A stretch of 64,000 bases of DNA from Henriciella sp. GTDB lineage: Bacteria; Pseudomonadota; Alphaproteobacteria; Caulobacterales; Hyphomonadaceae. A program made the translations under genes and the position numbers. How positions within the stretch are numbered: the first letter of the stretch is position 1; each line of letters begins with the position of its first letter. Shown piece after piece: positions 8,514 through 18,458 of this stretch. The notes under the pieces were generated by a model. It made no database searches, was not told the origin of the DNA, and worked only from the letters and a program-made list of their open reading frames with translations. The stretch is from NCBI RefSeq assembly GCF_002733705.1, contig NZ_NVWP01000034.1; one strand, 5' to 3'.

Positions 8514-9686
8514 ATGACTGACAAGACACTGACGCCGATTACGAAGCAGGAAGAGCTGCAAAAGTTCTGTGATTCGCTTGCGGCGAGTGATTTCATCTGT
8601 GTCGATACCGAATTCCACCGGGAAACGACCTTCTGGCCAGAGCTCTGCCTGATCCAGGCGTCCGCGCCCGGCGTTGAAGGCGTGATCGACCCGAAAGCAG
8701 ACGGAATCGACCTCCAGCCTTTCCTCGACCTTCTGGCCGACACGTCCCGCGTGAAAGTGTTTCATGCCGCGCGCCAGGACATGGAGATCTTCAACAAGCT
8801 GATCGGCACCCCGCCTGCCCCGGTTTTCGATACACAGGTGGCGGCAATGGCTCTGGGCCTTGGCGATTCCATTTCCTATGACAATCTGATCCAGCGGGTG
8901 CTGCGCCGTCATATCGACAAGTCGAGCCAGTTCACCGACTGGAAGCGCCGGCCGCTCTCTGACAAGCAGCTCGCTTACGCCCTTGGTGACGTCACCCATC
9001 TGCGCGACGCCTATCTCTGGATGCGGGACGAACTGGAAAAGCGCGGCCGTATGGGCTGGGTGGCTGAGGAAATGGAAAGCCTTTCCGATCCTGCCCTTTA
9101 CGACACCGACCCGAAGAATGCCTGGCAGCGTCTCAAAATCCGCAAGACGCACAAGGAATACCTCGCCGTCTTTGCCGCTGTGGCGGAATGGCGCGAGCGC
9201 CAGGCCCAGACGCTGGACCGTCCGCGCAGGCGTATCCTGAAAGATGATGCGATCCAGGAGATCGCAGACCAGAAACCGAAGACCGAAGACCAGTTTGACC
9301 GTCTGCGCGCCGTGCCAAAGGGCTTTATCCGCTCGCGCAATGCCGACGGGCTTATGCAGACGGTGGAAACGGCGCTGGATGATCCTGATGCGCACGCCCC
9401 GCCTGCCCCCAAGCGCAAGCAGAACCCGCAGACGCCGGCAGGCGCCCCGGAAATGCTGAAAGTGCTGCTGAAATATGTCAGCGAGGATGTCGATGTCGTC
9501 CCGCGTCTGATTGCGAACGCCGCCGACATTGAACGTATTGCGCGCGGTGAGACCGATGACGACATTCCGGCCCTTACAGGCTGGCGCTATGATGTCTTCG
9601 GCCAGAAGGCGCGTGCGCTCCTGACCGGAAATCTCGCCCTCTCCTTCGAAAACGGGCAGGTCAGGCTTTTCGAACCTAAGAGCTGA
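8514..9686 (+). CDS. rnd: ribonuclease D
   Basis: [48 protein letters not shown]; HRDC domain. Confidence 0.95.
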   Translation: MTDKTLTPITKQEELQKFCDSLAASDFICVDTEFHRETTFWPELCLIQASAPGVEGVIDPKADGIDLQPFLDLLADTSRVKVFHAARQDMEIFNKLIGTPPAPVFDTQVAAMALGLGDSISYDNLIQRVLRRHIDKSSQFTDWKRRPLSDKQLAYALGDVTHLRDAYLWMRDELEKRGRMGWVAEEMESLSDPALYDTDPKNAWQRLKIRKTHKEYLAVFAAVAEWRERQAQTLDRPRRRILKDDAIQEIADQKPKTEDQFDRLRAVPKGFIRSRNADGLMQTVETALDDPDAHAPPAPKRKQNPQTPAGAPEMLKVLLKYVSEDVDVVPRLIANAADIERIARGETDDDIPALTGWRYDVFGQKARALLTGNLALSFENGQVRLFEPKS

Positions 9687-9708
9687 TCTTTCCGGAAAAG
9701 GAGCCTTC

Positions 9709-11208
9709 CTAGTCCGCCGTGCTGATCTGCGCGTCGAGATCCAGGAAGGTCGCGAGCTGTTCGAACCGCTTCTTCACCGTGCCGGAAACCATGTCCGCAC
9801 AGCCTGGCTGCACTTCCAGCACGAGCTTGGACTTTGAGGGCTTCAGACGCGCCTGTTTCAGCAAGGGGGCAGACCGCCCAGAATAGACCGCGCCAAGGCG
9901 CATGGCGGCGCCCATGATGCGGGCAAGTTGATCATCGGAATCCAGGCCCAGACGCGTAAATGCCTTCGGGCGCTGAAATTTATGGGTGTAGCGCGCGCCG
10001 GTGGCATGCGCGAGCAGGACACGCTCATCATGGCTGATGCCTCGGATCGGTGAGCGCAGGATAAGGTAATAGGCCATGTCGGCGCGGTGGTCTGGGTGGA
10101 ACCTGCCACCGCAATCAGCCATCAGGCACGCGGCGCGGAACAGGCGTTGGCGCGAATGAGTGCGCGGAAGGACGGGCCGGATGAAGTCGTAAAGCGCCTC
10201 ACCGAAATCGAGCTGCGATTTCTCCAGCCGCAGAAAAGCGATCGTGCCGTCGATCAAGGCGTCGCCATAGGGCTCGCGCATCGTCTCGAACAGCATCTTC
10301 TCGCCCTGGTCGAAGAGAACGCCTTCGCGAAGCCCGTTGGCAGAAACCAGAACTTCCTTGAAGCCGCCGGCGTCGAAAACCTCATCCAGAACGAGCGCCG
10401 CGTGCACGATAGTGTCGAAGCGCCGGCCGACAATGCCGGAAATGTGTGAGGCAAGCTCCTTGTCGCGCTGCGTCGCAAGGATGGTCCTAACGACGGTGCG
10501 CACGGCCTGACCATTCAGGCGGTAACCGTGGAGGATGGCAAGCGGATAGGCTTTTATGTCCATATGGACGCTGGCGAGCGCGCGCCAGGACCCGCCAACG
10601 GCGTAGAGGCGCCTTGTCTTGGCGTTCAGAAGTTCTGAGGATTTGAGCACCTTGCGGATGGCCTTGCGCCGTTCTGCCGGCTTTGCGCCCTCCATATGCG
10701 ACATGGAAAACGGGCCGAGACGATGGGTTTCGCCTTGCCCATCCTGTCCGGCCGGCGTGATACGCTGAAATTCGAGACTGGAGCCGCCAAGGTCACTGAC
10801 GATCCCGTCGGGCTGGTCGAAGCCCATACGGACCCCCAGCGCTGACAGCCGACCTTCTTCGGCGCCCGACAGGATGCGCAGGCGCGCGCCAAGTTCGGTG
10901 GCCGCCATGCGGGCAAAGTCGGGCCCGTCCTCGGCGTCGCGCACAGCGGCGGTCGCAACAGCGGTGACCTGGGTGACACCCAGCCCGGTGAGGATGGCCC
11001 GGTAGCGCCGGATCGCCGCCATGGCATCCACCACACCTTCGGGGGAAAGCTTGCCCGTCTCCGGAAGGCCGCGGCCAAGACCTGCGAGGACCTTTTCATT
11101 GAAATATGGAAGCGCCGCAGCGCCCGTCACCTCATAGATAACCAGACGAACGGAGTTCGACCCAATATCGACAACGGCGGCTTTCTCAGGCTGCAGCGCA
11201 AGCCTCAT
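9709..11208 (-). CDS. ppx: Ppx/GppA exopolyphosphatase
   Basis: VVDIGSNSVRLVI, ATAAVRDA, LSGAEEG, DLGGSSLE, GLREG; downstream of ppk. Confidence 0.93.
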   Translation of the reverse strand: MRLALQPEKAAVVDIGSNSVRLVIYEVTGAAALPYFNEKVLAGLGRGLPETGKLSPEGVVDAMAAIRRYRAILTGLGVTQVTAVATAAVRDAEDGPDFARMAATELGARLRILSGAEEGRLSALGVRMGFDQPDGIVSDLGGSSLEFQRITPAGQDGQGETHRLGPFSMSHMEGAKPAERRKAIRKVLKSSELLNAKTRRLYAVGGSWRALASVHMDIKAYPLAILHGYRLNGQAVRTVVRTILATQRDKELASHISGIVGRRFDTIVHAALVLDEVFDAGGFKEVLVSANGLREGVLFDQGEKMLFETMREPYGDALIDGTIAFLRLEKSQLDFGEALYDFIRPVLPRTHSRQRLFRAACLMADCGGRFHPDHRADMAYYLILRSPIRGISHDERVLLAHATGARYTHKFQRPKAFTRLGLDSDDQLARIMGAAMRLGAVYSGRSAPLLKQARLKPSKSKLVLEVQPGCADMVSGTVKKRFEQLATFLDLDAQISTAD

Positions 11209-13403
11209 TTAGAGCCCCGCTTCTTGGGCGCGAGCCGGGGCGGGATGGACACGACAAGCGCATTGCCGCGACCGGAAAGCGAAGGATTTTCCATGAAGTA
11301 CCGGTGAGCACTGAAGCCTTTGCCTCTCTCCGGCGGGCGCAGGCGGTGGAATTCACCGTCGCCATCCATCTCCCAGCTCTGCTCGTCATCATTGAGGTTC
11401 GCGATCATGATCTGGTTCAGAACCTGACGATGCACCGTCGGATTTTCAACAGGCACCAGGGCTTCCACACGGCGCTTGAGGTTACGCTGCATCCAGTCCG
11501 CCGACGAAATCCAGACCTTGGCGCGCGCAGAGGGCAGATTCTCACCATTGGCGAAACAGACGATTCGCGAATGCTCAAGAAAGCGGCCGATCAGGCTTTT
11601 CACCTGAATGTTCTCCGACAGGCCGGGGACGCCGGGGCGCAGGCAGCAGATTCCGCGCACGACCAGCACGATGGGAACGCCCGCCTGGCTCGCCCTGTAA
11701 AGCGCATCGATCACATCGCCATCGACCAGTGAGTTCATCTTGGCCCAGACGCCGCTTGGCTTTCCGGCCTTTGCATTCTCGGCCTCTTTTTCCAGAAGCT
11801 CGATGATGTGAGGCTCCAGCGTCCGCGGCGACATGGCGATCTTTTCGAAGTCGGGCGCTTTCTCCGGCGGCTCGCGATAGGCGGTGATATAGTTGAACAG
11901 CTTGTTGGCATCGCGGCCGAGGGCGGGGTCGGAGGTGAACAGCGACAGGTCGGTATAGATCCGCGCCGTCACCGGGTGATAATTGCCGGTGCCATAATGG
12001 GTATAGGTCACCAGCTTGCCCCCTTCACGGCGCACAACAAGCGAGACCTTGGCGTGCGTCTTGTAGTCGATGAAGCCATAGACGACCTGAACGCCAGCGC
12101 GCTCAAGGTCACGGGCAAGGCGGAGATTGGTCTCTTCATCGAAGCGGGCCTTGATCTCCACCAGTGCGGTCACGTTCTTGCCCATCTCGGCGGCTTCCTG
12201 CAGCGCCGAAACGATGGGGGAATTCAGCGTGGTGCGGTAGAGCGTCTGCTTGATGGCCACGACGTCGGGGTCGATAGCGGCCTGCCGGATAAACTGGATC
12301 ACCACATCAAACGACTCGTAAGGGTGGTGGACCACAAAGTCCTTGGCCTTGATCGCGGCGAAACAGTCGCCGCCCATTTCCCGGATGCGCTCGGGATAGC
12401 GCGGCTCATAGGGTTTGAACTGAAGGTCCATCCTGTCTTCGATGATAAGCTCAGACAGGTTCTTCATGCCGAGGAGGCCATGCAGGATCATCACGTCGCG
12501 CGGCTCTGAGCCGATTTCACGCGTGATGAATCTCTCCAGCTCCTCAGGCGCGTCGCCATCGATGTGGATGCGCACAATGCGTCCCCGCCGGCGCTGTTTC
12601 AGAAGAATCTCGAACTCGTGGATGAGGTCTTCGGCCTCTTCCTCGATCTCGATATCGCTGTCGCGCACAATGCGGAAGACGCAGTGACCGAGCGAGCGGA
12701 AGCCCGGAAACAGCATGTCCATGAAAGTTGCAATGACGCTTTCCAGGCGCACGAACCGGATCGACTGGCGGTTGCGGTCCGGCAGACGGATAAAGCGAGG
12801 CGAGAAGGCAGGCATCGGCACCAGTCCGACCATCGCTTCGCCGGAGTCTTCGGGCACAAGCTGGAAAGCGACCGCGAAGCCGAGATTGGGGATAAAGGGA
12901 AACGGATGCGCCGGGTCGACCGCCTGCGGCGTCAGCATCGGAAAGACGTGGTTCTCGAAATGATCGCGCAGCCAGTTCTTGTCGGTCCTGGTCAGGTCCG
13001 CCATTTTCTTGACTTCGATCTTTTCTTCATCGAGCAGGCCCCGCAGCTCGCGCCAGCAGGCCTGCTGGGCCTCCATCAGCTTGGCCGACTGTTTCTCGAT
13101 CGCCTCGACCTGCTGCGAGGGCGTCATCCCCTCCTGACTGGTGCGCAGGACGCCGGCACGGAGCTGTTCGCGAAGGCCCGCATAGCGGACCATGAAAAAC
13201 TCATCGAGATTGTTGGCGGAGATCGACAGGAAGCGTAACCGCTCAAGCAGCGGATGGGTCACATTGTGCGCTTCTTCCAGGACCCGCTCATTGAACTTCA
13301 GCCAGGATAGCTCGCGATTGAGAAAGCGTTCCGGCCGCTCCATCAGCGGCTTTGCGGCACGTCCTGCCGGTTTTTCCGTCGTGTCTGTGTCAGTCGTGCT
13401 CAT
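11205..13403 (-). CDS. ppk1: polyphosphate kinase 1
   Basis: FLNRELSWL.FN.RVL, HHPYESF, IKQTLYRT, ARFDEE, HYGTGNY, GRFLEHSRI, SSADWM.RNL. Confidence 0.97.
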   Translation of the reverse strand: MSTTDTDTTEKPAGRAAKPLMERPERFLNRELSWLKFNERVLEEAHNVTHPLLERLRFLSISANNLDEFFMVRYAGLREQLRAGVLRTSQEGMTPSQQVEAIEKQSAKLMEAQQACWRELRGLLDEEKIEVKKMADLTRTDKNWLRDHFENHVFPMLTPQAVDPAHPFPFIPNLGFAVAFQLVPEDSGEAMVGLVPMPAFSPRFIRLPDRNRQSIRFVRLESVIATFMDMLFPGFRSLGHCVFRIVRDSDIEIEEEAEDLIHEFEILLKQRRRGRIVRIHIDGDAPEELERFITREIGSEPRDVMILHGLLGMKNLSELIIEDRMDLQFKPYEPRYPERIREMGGDCFAAIKAKDFVVHHPYESFDVVIQFIRQAAIDPDVVAIKQTLYRTTLNSPIVSALQEAAEMGKNVTALVEIKARFDEETNLRLARDLERAGVQVVYGFIDYKTHAKVSLVVRREGGKLVTYTHYGTGNYHPVTARIYTDLSLFTSDPALGRDANKLFNYITAYREPPEKAPDFEKIAMSPRTLEPHIIELLEKEAENAKAGKPSGVWAKMNSLVDGDVIDALYRASQAGVPIVLVVRGICCLRPGVPGLSENIQVKSLIGRFLEHSRIVCFANGENLPSARAKVWISSADWMQRNLKRRVEALVPVENPTVHRQVLNQIMIANLNDDEQSWEMDGDGEFHRLRPPERGKGFSAHRYFMENPSLSGRGNALVVSIPPRLAPKKRGSK

Positions 13404-13426
13404 CGCCTGCCTCTGGCTATCAGGTG

Positions 13427-14137
13427 TCAGTCTTCGAACAGCGGGCGCGTGCCGTCCATCTCGTCCAGTATTTCCCGGGCCAGAGGTATAGTCACCTCCC
13501 GCTCATCACTGAGCTCGTGCAGCTCCTTCACGAAGCTTTCGATCGCCGCATAGCTGCGCTCAAGCCGCATGATGACATAGTCCTCCACCGCTTCGGGAAG
13601 TTTCAGGTAACGGCGTTTCATTGCAGCTCTGAGACGGATGCGGAGCATTTCATCATCTGGGGGCCCGAGTTCGAGCAATGTCATCGCGCTGAGCCGCGAC
13701 TGAAGATCGGGCAAACGCGCCCGCCAGCGCGCCGGTGGCTGGCGTCCTGTCAGCAGAAGTGTGCCGCCATGGCTAGCTGAAAGATTGATAAGCGAGAGAA
13801 GATTGTCGTCATTCTCGACCTTGTCGGCCCGGTCAATCGCGACCGGGGCTTCGGCGAGTGCGCTGATCTTCTTATGGGAAAGTTTGCCGAGCGCCTTGGC
13901 ACTCAACAAGGATCCACCGGAAAGGTCGCACCAGGCCTGGGCCGCTGTCGTCAGGCCTGAGCGCTTTTCGCCGACCAGGCAAAAGGCGGCTGTCCGCCAG
14001 TCCGGCCAGCGTTTGAGCAGAGAAATGGCCGTACGATTGGCGTCTGTCACCGCCAGCGTGTCGAGTGTGTGCCCCGTTTCGGGGAAATCGAACTTCAGCT
14101 GACGGTTTTTCCTTGGAGAACGATCCGTACCTTGCAC
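13427..14137 (-). CDS. hdaA: DnaA regulatory inactivator HdaA (AAA+, clamp-binding)
   Basis: N-terminal QLKFDF clamp-type motif, PDLQSRL arginine finger, MERS-like LERS; DUF2066-hda-ppk-ppx context. Start codon uncertain. Confidence 0.82.
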   Translation of the reverse strand: MQGTDRSPRKNRQLKFDFPETGHTLDTLAVTDANRTAISLLKRWPDWRTAAFCLVGEKRSGLTTAAQAWCDLSGGSLLSAKALGKLSHKKISALAEAPVAIDRADKVENDDNLLSLINLSASHGGTLLLTGRQPPARWRARLPDLQSRLSAMTLLELGPPDDEMLRIRLRAAMKRRYLKLPEAVEDYVIMRLERSYAAIESFVKELHELSDEREVTIPLAREILDEMDGTRPLFED

Positions 14138-14142
14138 CTAGA

Positions 14143-15159
14143 CTAGCTCGGGGTTCGTGTGATGGCTGAGGTCATGACCCAGCCCATATCATCTGTCTCG
14201 ACCTCTACACCTCTCTCACGCAGGCTGGAGACGAGCCGCTGACGGTCGCCCGCATAGGCGAATTTCACGACGGCACCCTGACGCGAAAGACCGGCGATCT
14301 CGAAGTCGAAGACAAGCGGGGACCGTGCCAGTGCGGCGCGAAGCGAATTCCATTCGGGCAGCGAGGTGAAGAGAATTGTCGTTTCCACTGGCGTACGTTC
14401 ACTGGAGCGGATGATCGCCGAACGCTTCCAGGCTTCCTCCATGAGGGTGGCGGCGAGATCGGCCGCATCCTCGAGTGTTGCAGCGCTGTTCGTAGTGCCC
14501 AGATCGGTCTCGCCCGCCGCGGTCACACTGACGACGCGGACGCGATAACTGCCCTCCCCGCCCAGAAGCTCAGCCTTGATGGCCCGGCGCGCATCAGCGG
14601 CCAACACATCGCCCGACAGGGTTTCCCAGCCCGACGAGACGGTCGCTGTATTTCCGCGCGCGGTCTCAAAAGGCGCAAGGCGTCCGCGGGAGGCATCGGG
14701 CCAGGCTTCGTTCCAGGCATAGGCATCGCCGCCGGACTGCACGGGAAAGACGACAGATTTCGGCGCTGTCTGATCGGTATATGGAATATTCCGCTCATTG
14801 AGGAAGTCACGGACCATGGACGGATTATAGACCACGGCCAGTTCGCCGACATATCTGCCGCCGCCGCGCTCTTCCTTTTCGACATCGACCGCCGCGGCGA
14901 GCCTGTCCGCCAGAGCTGCGCTGACCGATCCCGACCCAAGCCGACCGGACCTGTCCTCAGGCAAGGTCAGACGCTCAAAGAGCCGGTAGGCGCCTTTGAT
15001 GCGCGCAGAGGCGAAGGCCTGCTGCTGGGCCTGGATCACGCTGCCGGCCGATTCCTCGACTTCGATTTCCCTGATCGTATAGATTTCCCGGAGCTGAGCA
15101 GCAGCGGTGCCGGCAGCGAAAAATACCACAGCAATCATCAGCAAGATTCGTCTGGTCAT
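14143..15159 (-). CDS. DUF2066-type exported protein
   Basis: Signal peptide MTRRILLMIAVV; conserved position between purM and hdaA; YVGELAVVYNPSMVRDFL. Confidence 0.7.
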   Translation of the reverse strand: MTRRILLMIAVVFFAAGTAAAQLREIYTIREIEVEESAGSVIQAQQQAFASARIKGAYRLFERLTLPEDRSGRLGSGSVSAALADRLAAAVDVEKEERGGGRYVGELAVVYNPSMVRDFLNERNIPYTDQTAPKSVVFPVQSGGDAYAWNEAWPDASRGRLAPFETARGNTATVSSGWETLSGDVLAADARRAIKAELLGGEGSYRVRVVSVTAAGETDLGTTNSAATLEDAADLAATLMEEAWKRSAIIRSSERTPVETTILFTSLPEWNSLRAALARSPLVFDFEIAGLSRQGAVVKFAYAGDRQRLVSSLRERGVEVETDDMGWVMTSAITRTPS

Positions 15160-15244
15160 TTGGTCGCCTTTCCGACTCCGGTTTGGAACTGTCCTTAGCA
15201 AGGCCGCTGGCACGATGGAACCGCCATGTCGGCTAGTCGAACAC

Positions 15245-15253
15245 TCATCCACA
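15245..15253 (+). promoter_or_regulatory. DnaA-box-like site
   Basis: TCATCCACA (8/9 to TTATCCACA) in the DUF2066-hdaA / purM divergent region. Confidence 0.45.
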
Positions 15254-15270
15254 TGGTAACGCGCTTGCCT

Positions 15271-16296
15271 ATGACTTCAAAAGATAAACCCTCCCTTTCC
15301 TACAAGGACGCTGGTGTCGATATTGAGGCAGGCGAACGCCTTGTCGATGCGATCTCTCCCATGGCCAAGGCGACCCGCCGTGCGGGCGTCATGGGTGGGC
15401 TCGGCGGCTTTGGTGCCCTCTTCGACCTGAAAAAGGAAAACTGGAAGGATCCGATCCTCGTTTCCGGGACCGATGGGGTCGGCACAAAACTGATGCTGGC
15501 CTTCGAGACAGGCATTCACGATACGGTCGGGATCGACCTTGTCGCCATGTGCGCAAATGACGTGCTGGCCCAAGGCGCAGAACCGCTTTTCTTCCTCGAT
15601 TATTTCGCGTGCGGGAAGCTGGAAGCTGGCATTGCCGAAGCCGTCGTCTCCGGCATCGCGGAAGGTTGCCGCCAGGCCGGATGCGCACTCGTGGGCGGTG
15701 AAACCGCCGAGATGCCGGGCATGTATCCCCCCGGCCATTATGATCTTGCCGGCTTCGTTGTCGGCGCGGTGGAGCGTGAAAATGTGCTGCCGCGCTTTGC
15801 AGAGATGAAGGCAGGCGACGTGCTGATCGGGATTGCCTCTTCTGGCCCGCACTCCAATGGCTATTCGCTGGTCCGGCGGATTGTTGAGCGCTCTGGCCTT
15901 GGCTGGGATTCGGCCGCGCCCTTTACCGACAAGCCACTTGGCGAAGCCCTGCTGACCCCGACCCGGCTCTATTCCCACGCCGCCCTGCCCCTTATTCGCA
16001 ATGAGCGCATCAAGGGTCTTGCCCATATTACCGGCGGTGGCCTTACGGAAAATGTGCCGCGCATGCTGCCCGATGACCTCACGGCGCGCTTCGACCGCGC
16101 CGCCTGGCCGGTGCCGGACGTGTTCCGCTGGCTGCAGGAGGAAGGCAATGTCGCTGAAGACGAGATGCACCGCACCTTCAATATGGGGATCGGGCTAGTC
16201 TTCGCCGTGGCGCCGGATCAGGCCGACCGCGCCATCGCAGAGCTGGAAGCGGTCGGCGAAACCCCGGTCGTGATCGGTGACATCGTTCCGGCATGA
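15271..16296 (+). CDS. purM: phosphoribosylformylglycinamidine cyclo-ligase
   Basis: [55 protein letters not shown]. Confidence 0.97.
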   Translation: MTSKDKPSLSYKDAGVDIEAGERLVDAISPMAKATRRAGVMGGLGGFGALFDLKKENWKDPILVSGTDGVGTKLMLAFETGIHDTVGIDLVAMCANDVLAQGAEPLFFLDYFACGKLEAGIAEAVVSGIAEGCRQAGCALVGGETAEMPGMYPPGHYDLAGFVVGAVERENVLPRFAEMKAGDVLIGIASSGPHSNGYSLVRRIVERSGLGWDSAAPFTDKPLGEALLTPTRLYSHAALPLIRNERIKGLAHITGGGLTENVPRMLPDDLTARFDRAAWPVPDVFRWLQEEGNVAEDEMHRTFNMGIGLVFAVAPDQADRAIAELEAVGETPVVIGDIVPA

Positions 16297-16886
16297 GCCG
16301 CCTCAACCTTGCCATCCTGATTTCGGGCCGCGGGACCAATATGGACCAGATCCTGCGGGCGACGACGTCCGAAGACTATCCGGCCCGCGCGCGGCTGGTC
16401 CTCTCGAACCGTGAAGATGCAGCGGGGCTGGAGGCTGCGCGCGCCTTTGGCGTGGCGACAGAAACGGTGCCGCACACGGATTATGAGGACCGCCAAAGCT
16501 TTGAGCGCGCCATGCATGAGGCGCTGACCCGGCATGAAATAGAGATCATCGCCCTTGCCGGCTTCATGCGGGTCCTGACGCCGTGGTTCGTCGAAAAATG
16601 GGCGGGGCGGATGGTCAACATCCACCCCTCACTCCTGCCGGACTATCCGGGGCTGAACACTCATGCTCGAGCGCTGCAGGCCGGCGACAGCGAAGCCGGC
16701 TGCACCGTCCACTGGGTCAGCGAAGGGGTCGATGAAGGCGATATCATCCGCCAGGCCCGCGTGCCGGTGAAGTCAGGCGATACGCCAGCCACGCTGGCAA
16801 ACCGTGTGCTGGAGGCCGAACACAGGCTGTATCCGCAGGCGCTGGCAGAAGCCTGCCGCTATATTATTGCACGGCAAGCGAGCTGA
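16293..16886 (+). CDS. purN: phosphoribosylglycinamide formyltransferase
   Basis: [37 protein letters not shown]. Confidence 0.97.
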   Translation: MSRLNLAILISGRGTNMDQILRATTSEDYPARARLVLSNREDAAGLEAARAFGVATETVPHTDYEDRQSFERAMHEALTRHEIEIIALAGFMRVLTPWFVEKWAGRMVNIHPSLLPDYPGLNTHARALQAGDSEAGCTVHWVSEGVDEGDIIRQARVPVKSGDTPATLANRVLEAEHRLYPQALAEACRYIIARQAS

Positions 16887-17304
16887 AACTGTCCAGAAGG
16901 GCACGCAGATAGACCTCCATCGCCCAGCGGTCGGCATCCGTTGGACGCTTCGCGAGGCGTTCTGCGCATTCCACGATGTCGGCAAGCTGGCGGACCTGGC
17001 TGCGCTCAAGGTCACGGCCGGCGCGATATACAAGCGGCCATCCAGGAAACAGCCGGTCCGGGACGCTGTCATGGAAGACGACCTGACACGCGTCATGGCG
17101 CCAGTCGCGGCGGATGCGCGAGAAACAGTCGCGAACGGCGCCCTCTTCGCCTTCGATCACCTGCAGGCACAGACTATCCTGATGGATGAACAGGCCCGTC
17201 AGCCCGTTGTCCCGATTGCTCTGGCGCGCTTGCGCGAGCAGATCGTACAGGGTTTCGTCCTTTAGAGTCGGACGGCATCTCGACAGATAGATCAGGCGTT
17301 TCAT
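16864..17304 (-). CDS. stand-alone BLUF blue-light photoreceptor
   Basis: LIYLS (Tyr), N..NGLTG, LQVIEG (Gln), RI..D.RH, RLF..W signature residues. Confidence 0.88.
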   Translation of the reverse strand: MKRLIYLSRCRPTLKDETLYDLLAQARQSNRDNGLTGLFIHQDSLCLQVIEGEEGAVRDCFSRIRRDWRHDACQVVFHDSVPDRLFPGWPLVYRAGRDLERSQVRQLADIVECAERLAKRPTDADRWAMEVYLRALLDSFSSLAVQ

Positions 17305-17349
17305 GGAAGATCCTTTGCCAGTGACGAATCGATCATGGCGCCCGAAAGG

Positions 17350-17364
17350 TTAATTCGCGTTTAC
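17350..17364 (+). promoter_or_regulatory. CtrA-box-like site upstream of BLUF gene
   Basis: TTAA-ttcgcgt-TTAC (TTAA-N7-TTAA with one mismatch). Confidence 0.5.
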
Positions 17365-17370
17365 CAAATA

Positions 17371-17403
17371 AGAAAAGCCCTCACGCACAGGGCGAGAGGG
17401 CTT
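17371..17403 (-). terminator. intrinsic terminator after ndk
   Basis: Stem AAGCCCTC/GAGGGCTT followed by TTCT on the minus strand. Confidence 0.7.
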
Positions 17404-17426
17404 CCTCAAATCACGCAAAAAGCGAG

Positions 17427-17849
17427 CTAGCCAACGATCTCGGCTTCAGAGAAGAACTGGCGGATTTCGAGGTCAGCATTCTCTTCGCTGTCGGAGCCGT
17501 GAACGGAGTTTTCGCCGATCGACTTTGCATAGAGCTTGCGGATCGTGCCCTCTTCAGCGTCAGCCGGATTGGTGGCGCCCATGACATCGCGATAGGCCTT
17601 CACGGCGTTCTCGCCCTGCAGCACCTGAACGACGACCGGAGCAGAGGTCATGAAATCGACCAGCTCACCGAAGAAGGGACGTTCCTTGTGAACGTCATAG
17701 AAACGCTCGGCCTGTTCGCGGGTCATCTTGATGCGGCGCTGGGCGATGATGCGCAGACCGGCCTTTTCGATGACGGCATTCACCGCGCCGGTGAGGTTCC
17801 GCTCGGTTGCATCCGGCTTGATGATCGAAAACGTACGTTGGATAGCCAT
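17427..17849 (-). CDS. ndk: nucleoside diphosphate kinase
   Basis: [35 protein letters not shown]. Confidence 0.98.
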   Translation of the reverse strand: MAIQRTFSIIKPDATERNLTGAVNAVIEKAGLRIIAQRRIKMTREQAERFYDVHKERPFFGELVDFMTSAPVVVQVLQGENAVKAYRDVMGATNPADAEEGTIRKLYAKSIGENSVHGSDSEENADLEIRQFFSEAEIVG

Positions 17850-17985
17850 GAAAGGCTCCTTTTGAATAGACTTTATTGGTGTGAAACTCTCGCGGCGCCT
17901 ATAGCGAGCGGGCTGCCTTCGGGCAACTCCTGCTGACATGGCCTGCAGACGTTGATTGCCGGCCGGCGTGGCCCCGCGGCGCGGA

Positions 17986-18456
17986 TCAACCGGCTTCCTT
18001 CCAGCCACCTTGTTCGGTCTGCTGAAAATAGCGTGTGGTTAGGCCCGCATCTGACGCGGCCTTGTAGAGCTGGCGGGCCTTGTTGCGGACTGGCGCGTCC
18101 CCATCATCGAACATCACCATGCAGCGCTCATAGGCCGAATCGACCGGCATGTCGGCGCCGTCCATGAGCAGGGCCACGGCGGCTTCATTCTGGTTGTCTG
18201 TGGTTTCGCTGATTAGGACCGGCTGGCGCGCCGGATCCAGCCCGGCAGCCTCTGCCTGGCCGTGTGGCAGGAAACTCTGGTCGTCATACGTCCAGAGGGC
18301 CTGATCCAGCGCGCCGCGGCGCCGGATGTCGGGGCTGACAGCAAGCACGCGCCAGCCCCGTTCCAGGCATTTTTCAAGAAGCGGTCCGGCCGCCTGCTCA
18401 AGCGTGGTTCGCTTGAGATGGTAGAACCACCATTCAGGCTTTCCGGTCGCGCTCAA
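17986..18456 (-). CDS. holC: DNA polymerase III chi subunit
   Basis: WFYHL, LLEKCL.RGWR, LWTYDD.SFLPHG, QPVLI; downstream of pepA. Confidence 0.92.
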   Translation of the reverse strand: MSATGKPEWWFYHLKRTTLEQAAGPLLEKCLERGWRVLAVSPDIRRRGALDQALWTYDDQSFLPHGQAEAAGLDPARQPVLISETTDNQNEAAVALLMDGADMPVDSAYERCMVMFDDGDAPVRNKARQLYKAASDAGLTTRYFQQTEQGGWKEAG

Positions 18457-18458
18457 GA

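Noticed and set aside
8426-8743. Long N-terminal extension of AspRS in the ORF track
   Set aside because: Overlaps the rnd start and the divergent promoter; homology begins at [10 protein letters not shown]. Similar track extensions were trimmed for ndk, tetR, plsY, rsmA, GDPD and the PEP-mutase-like gene.
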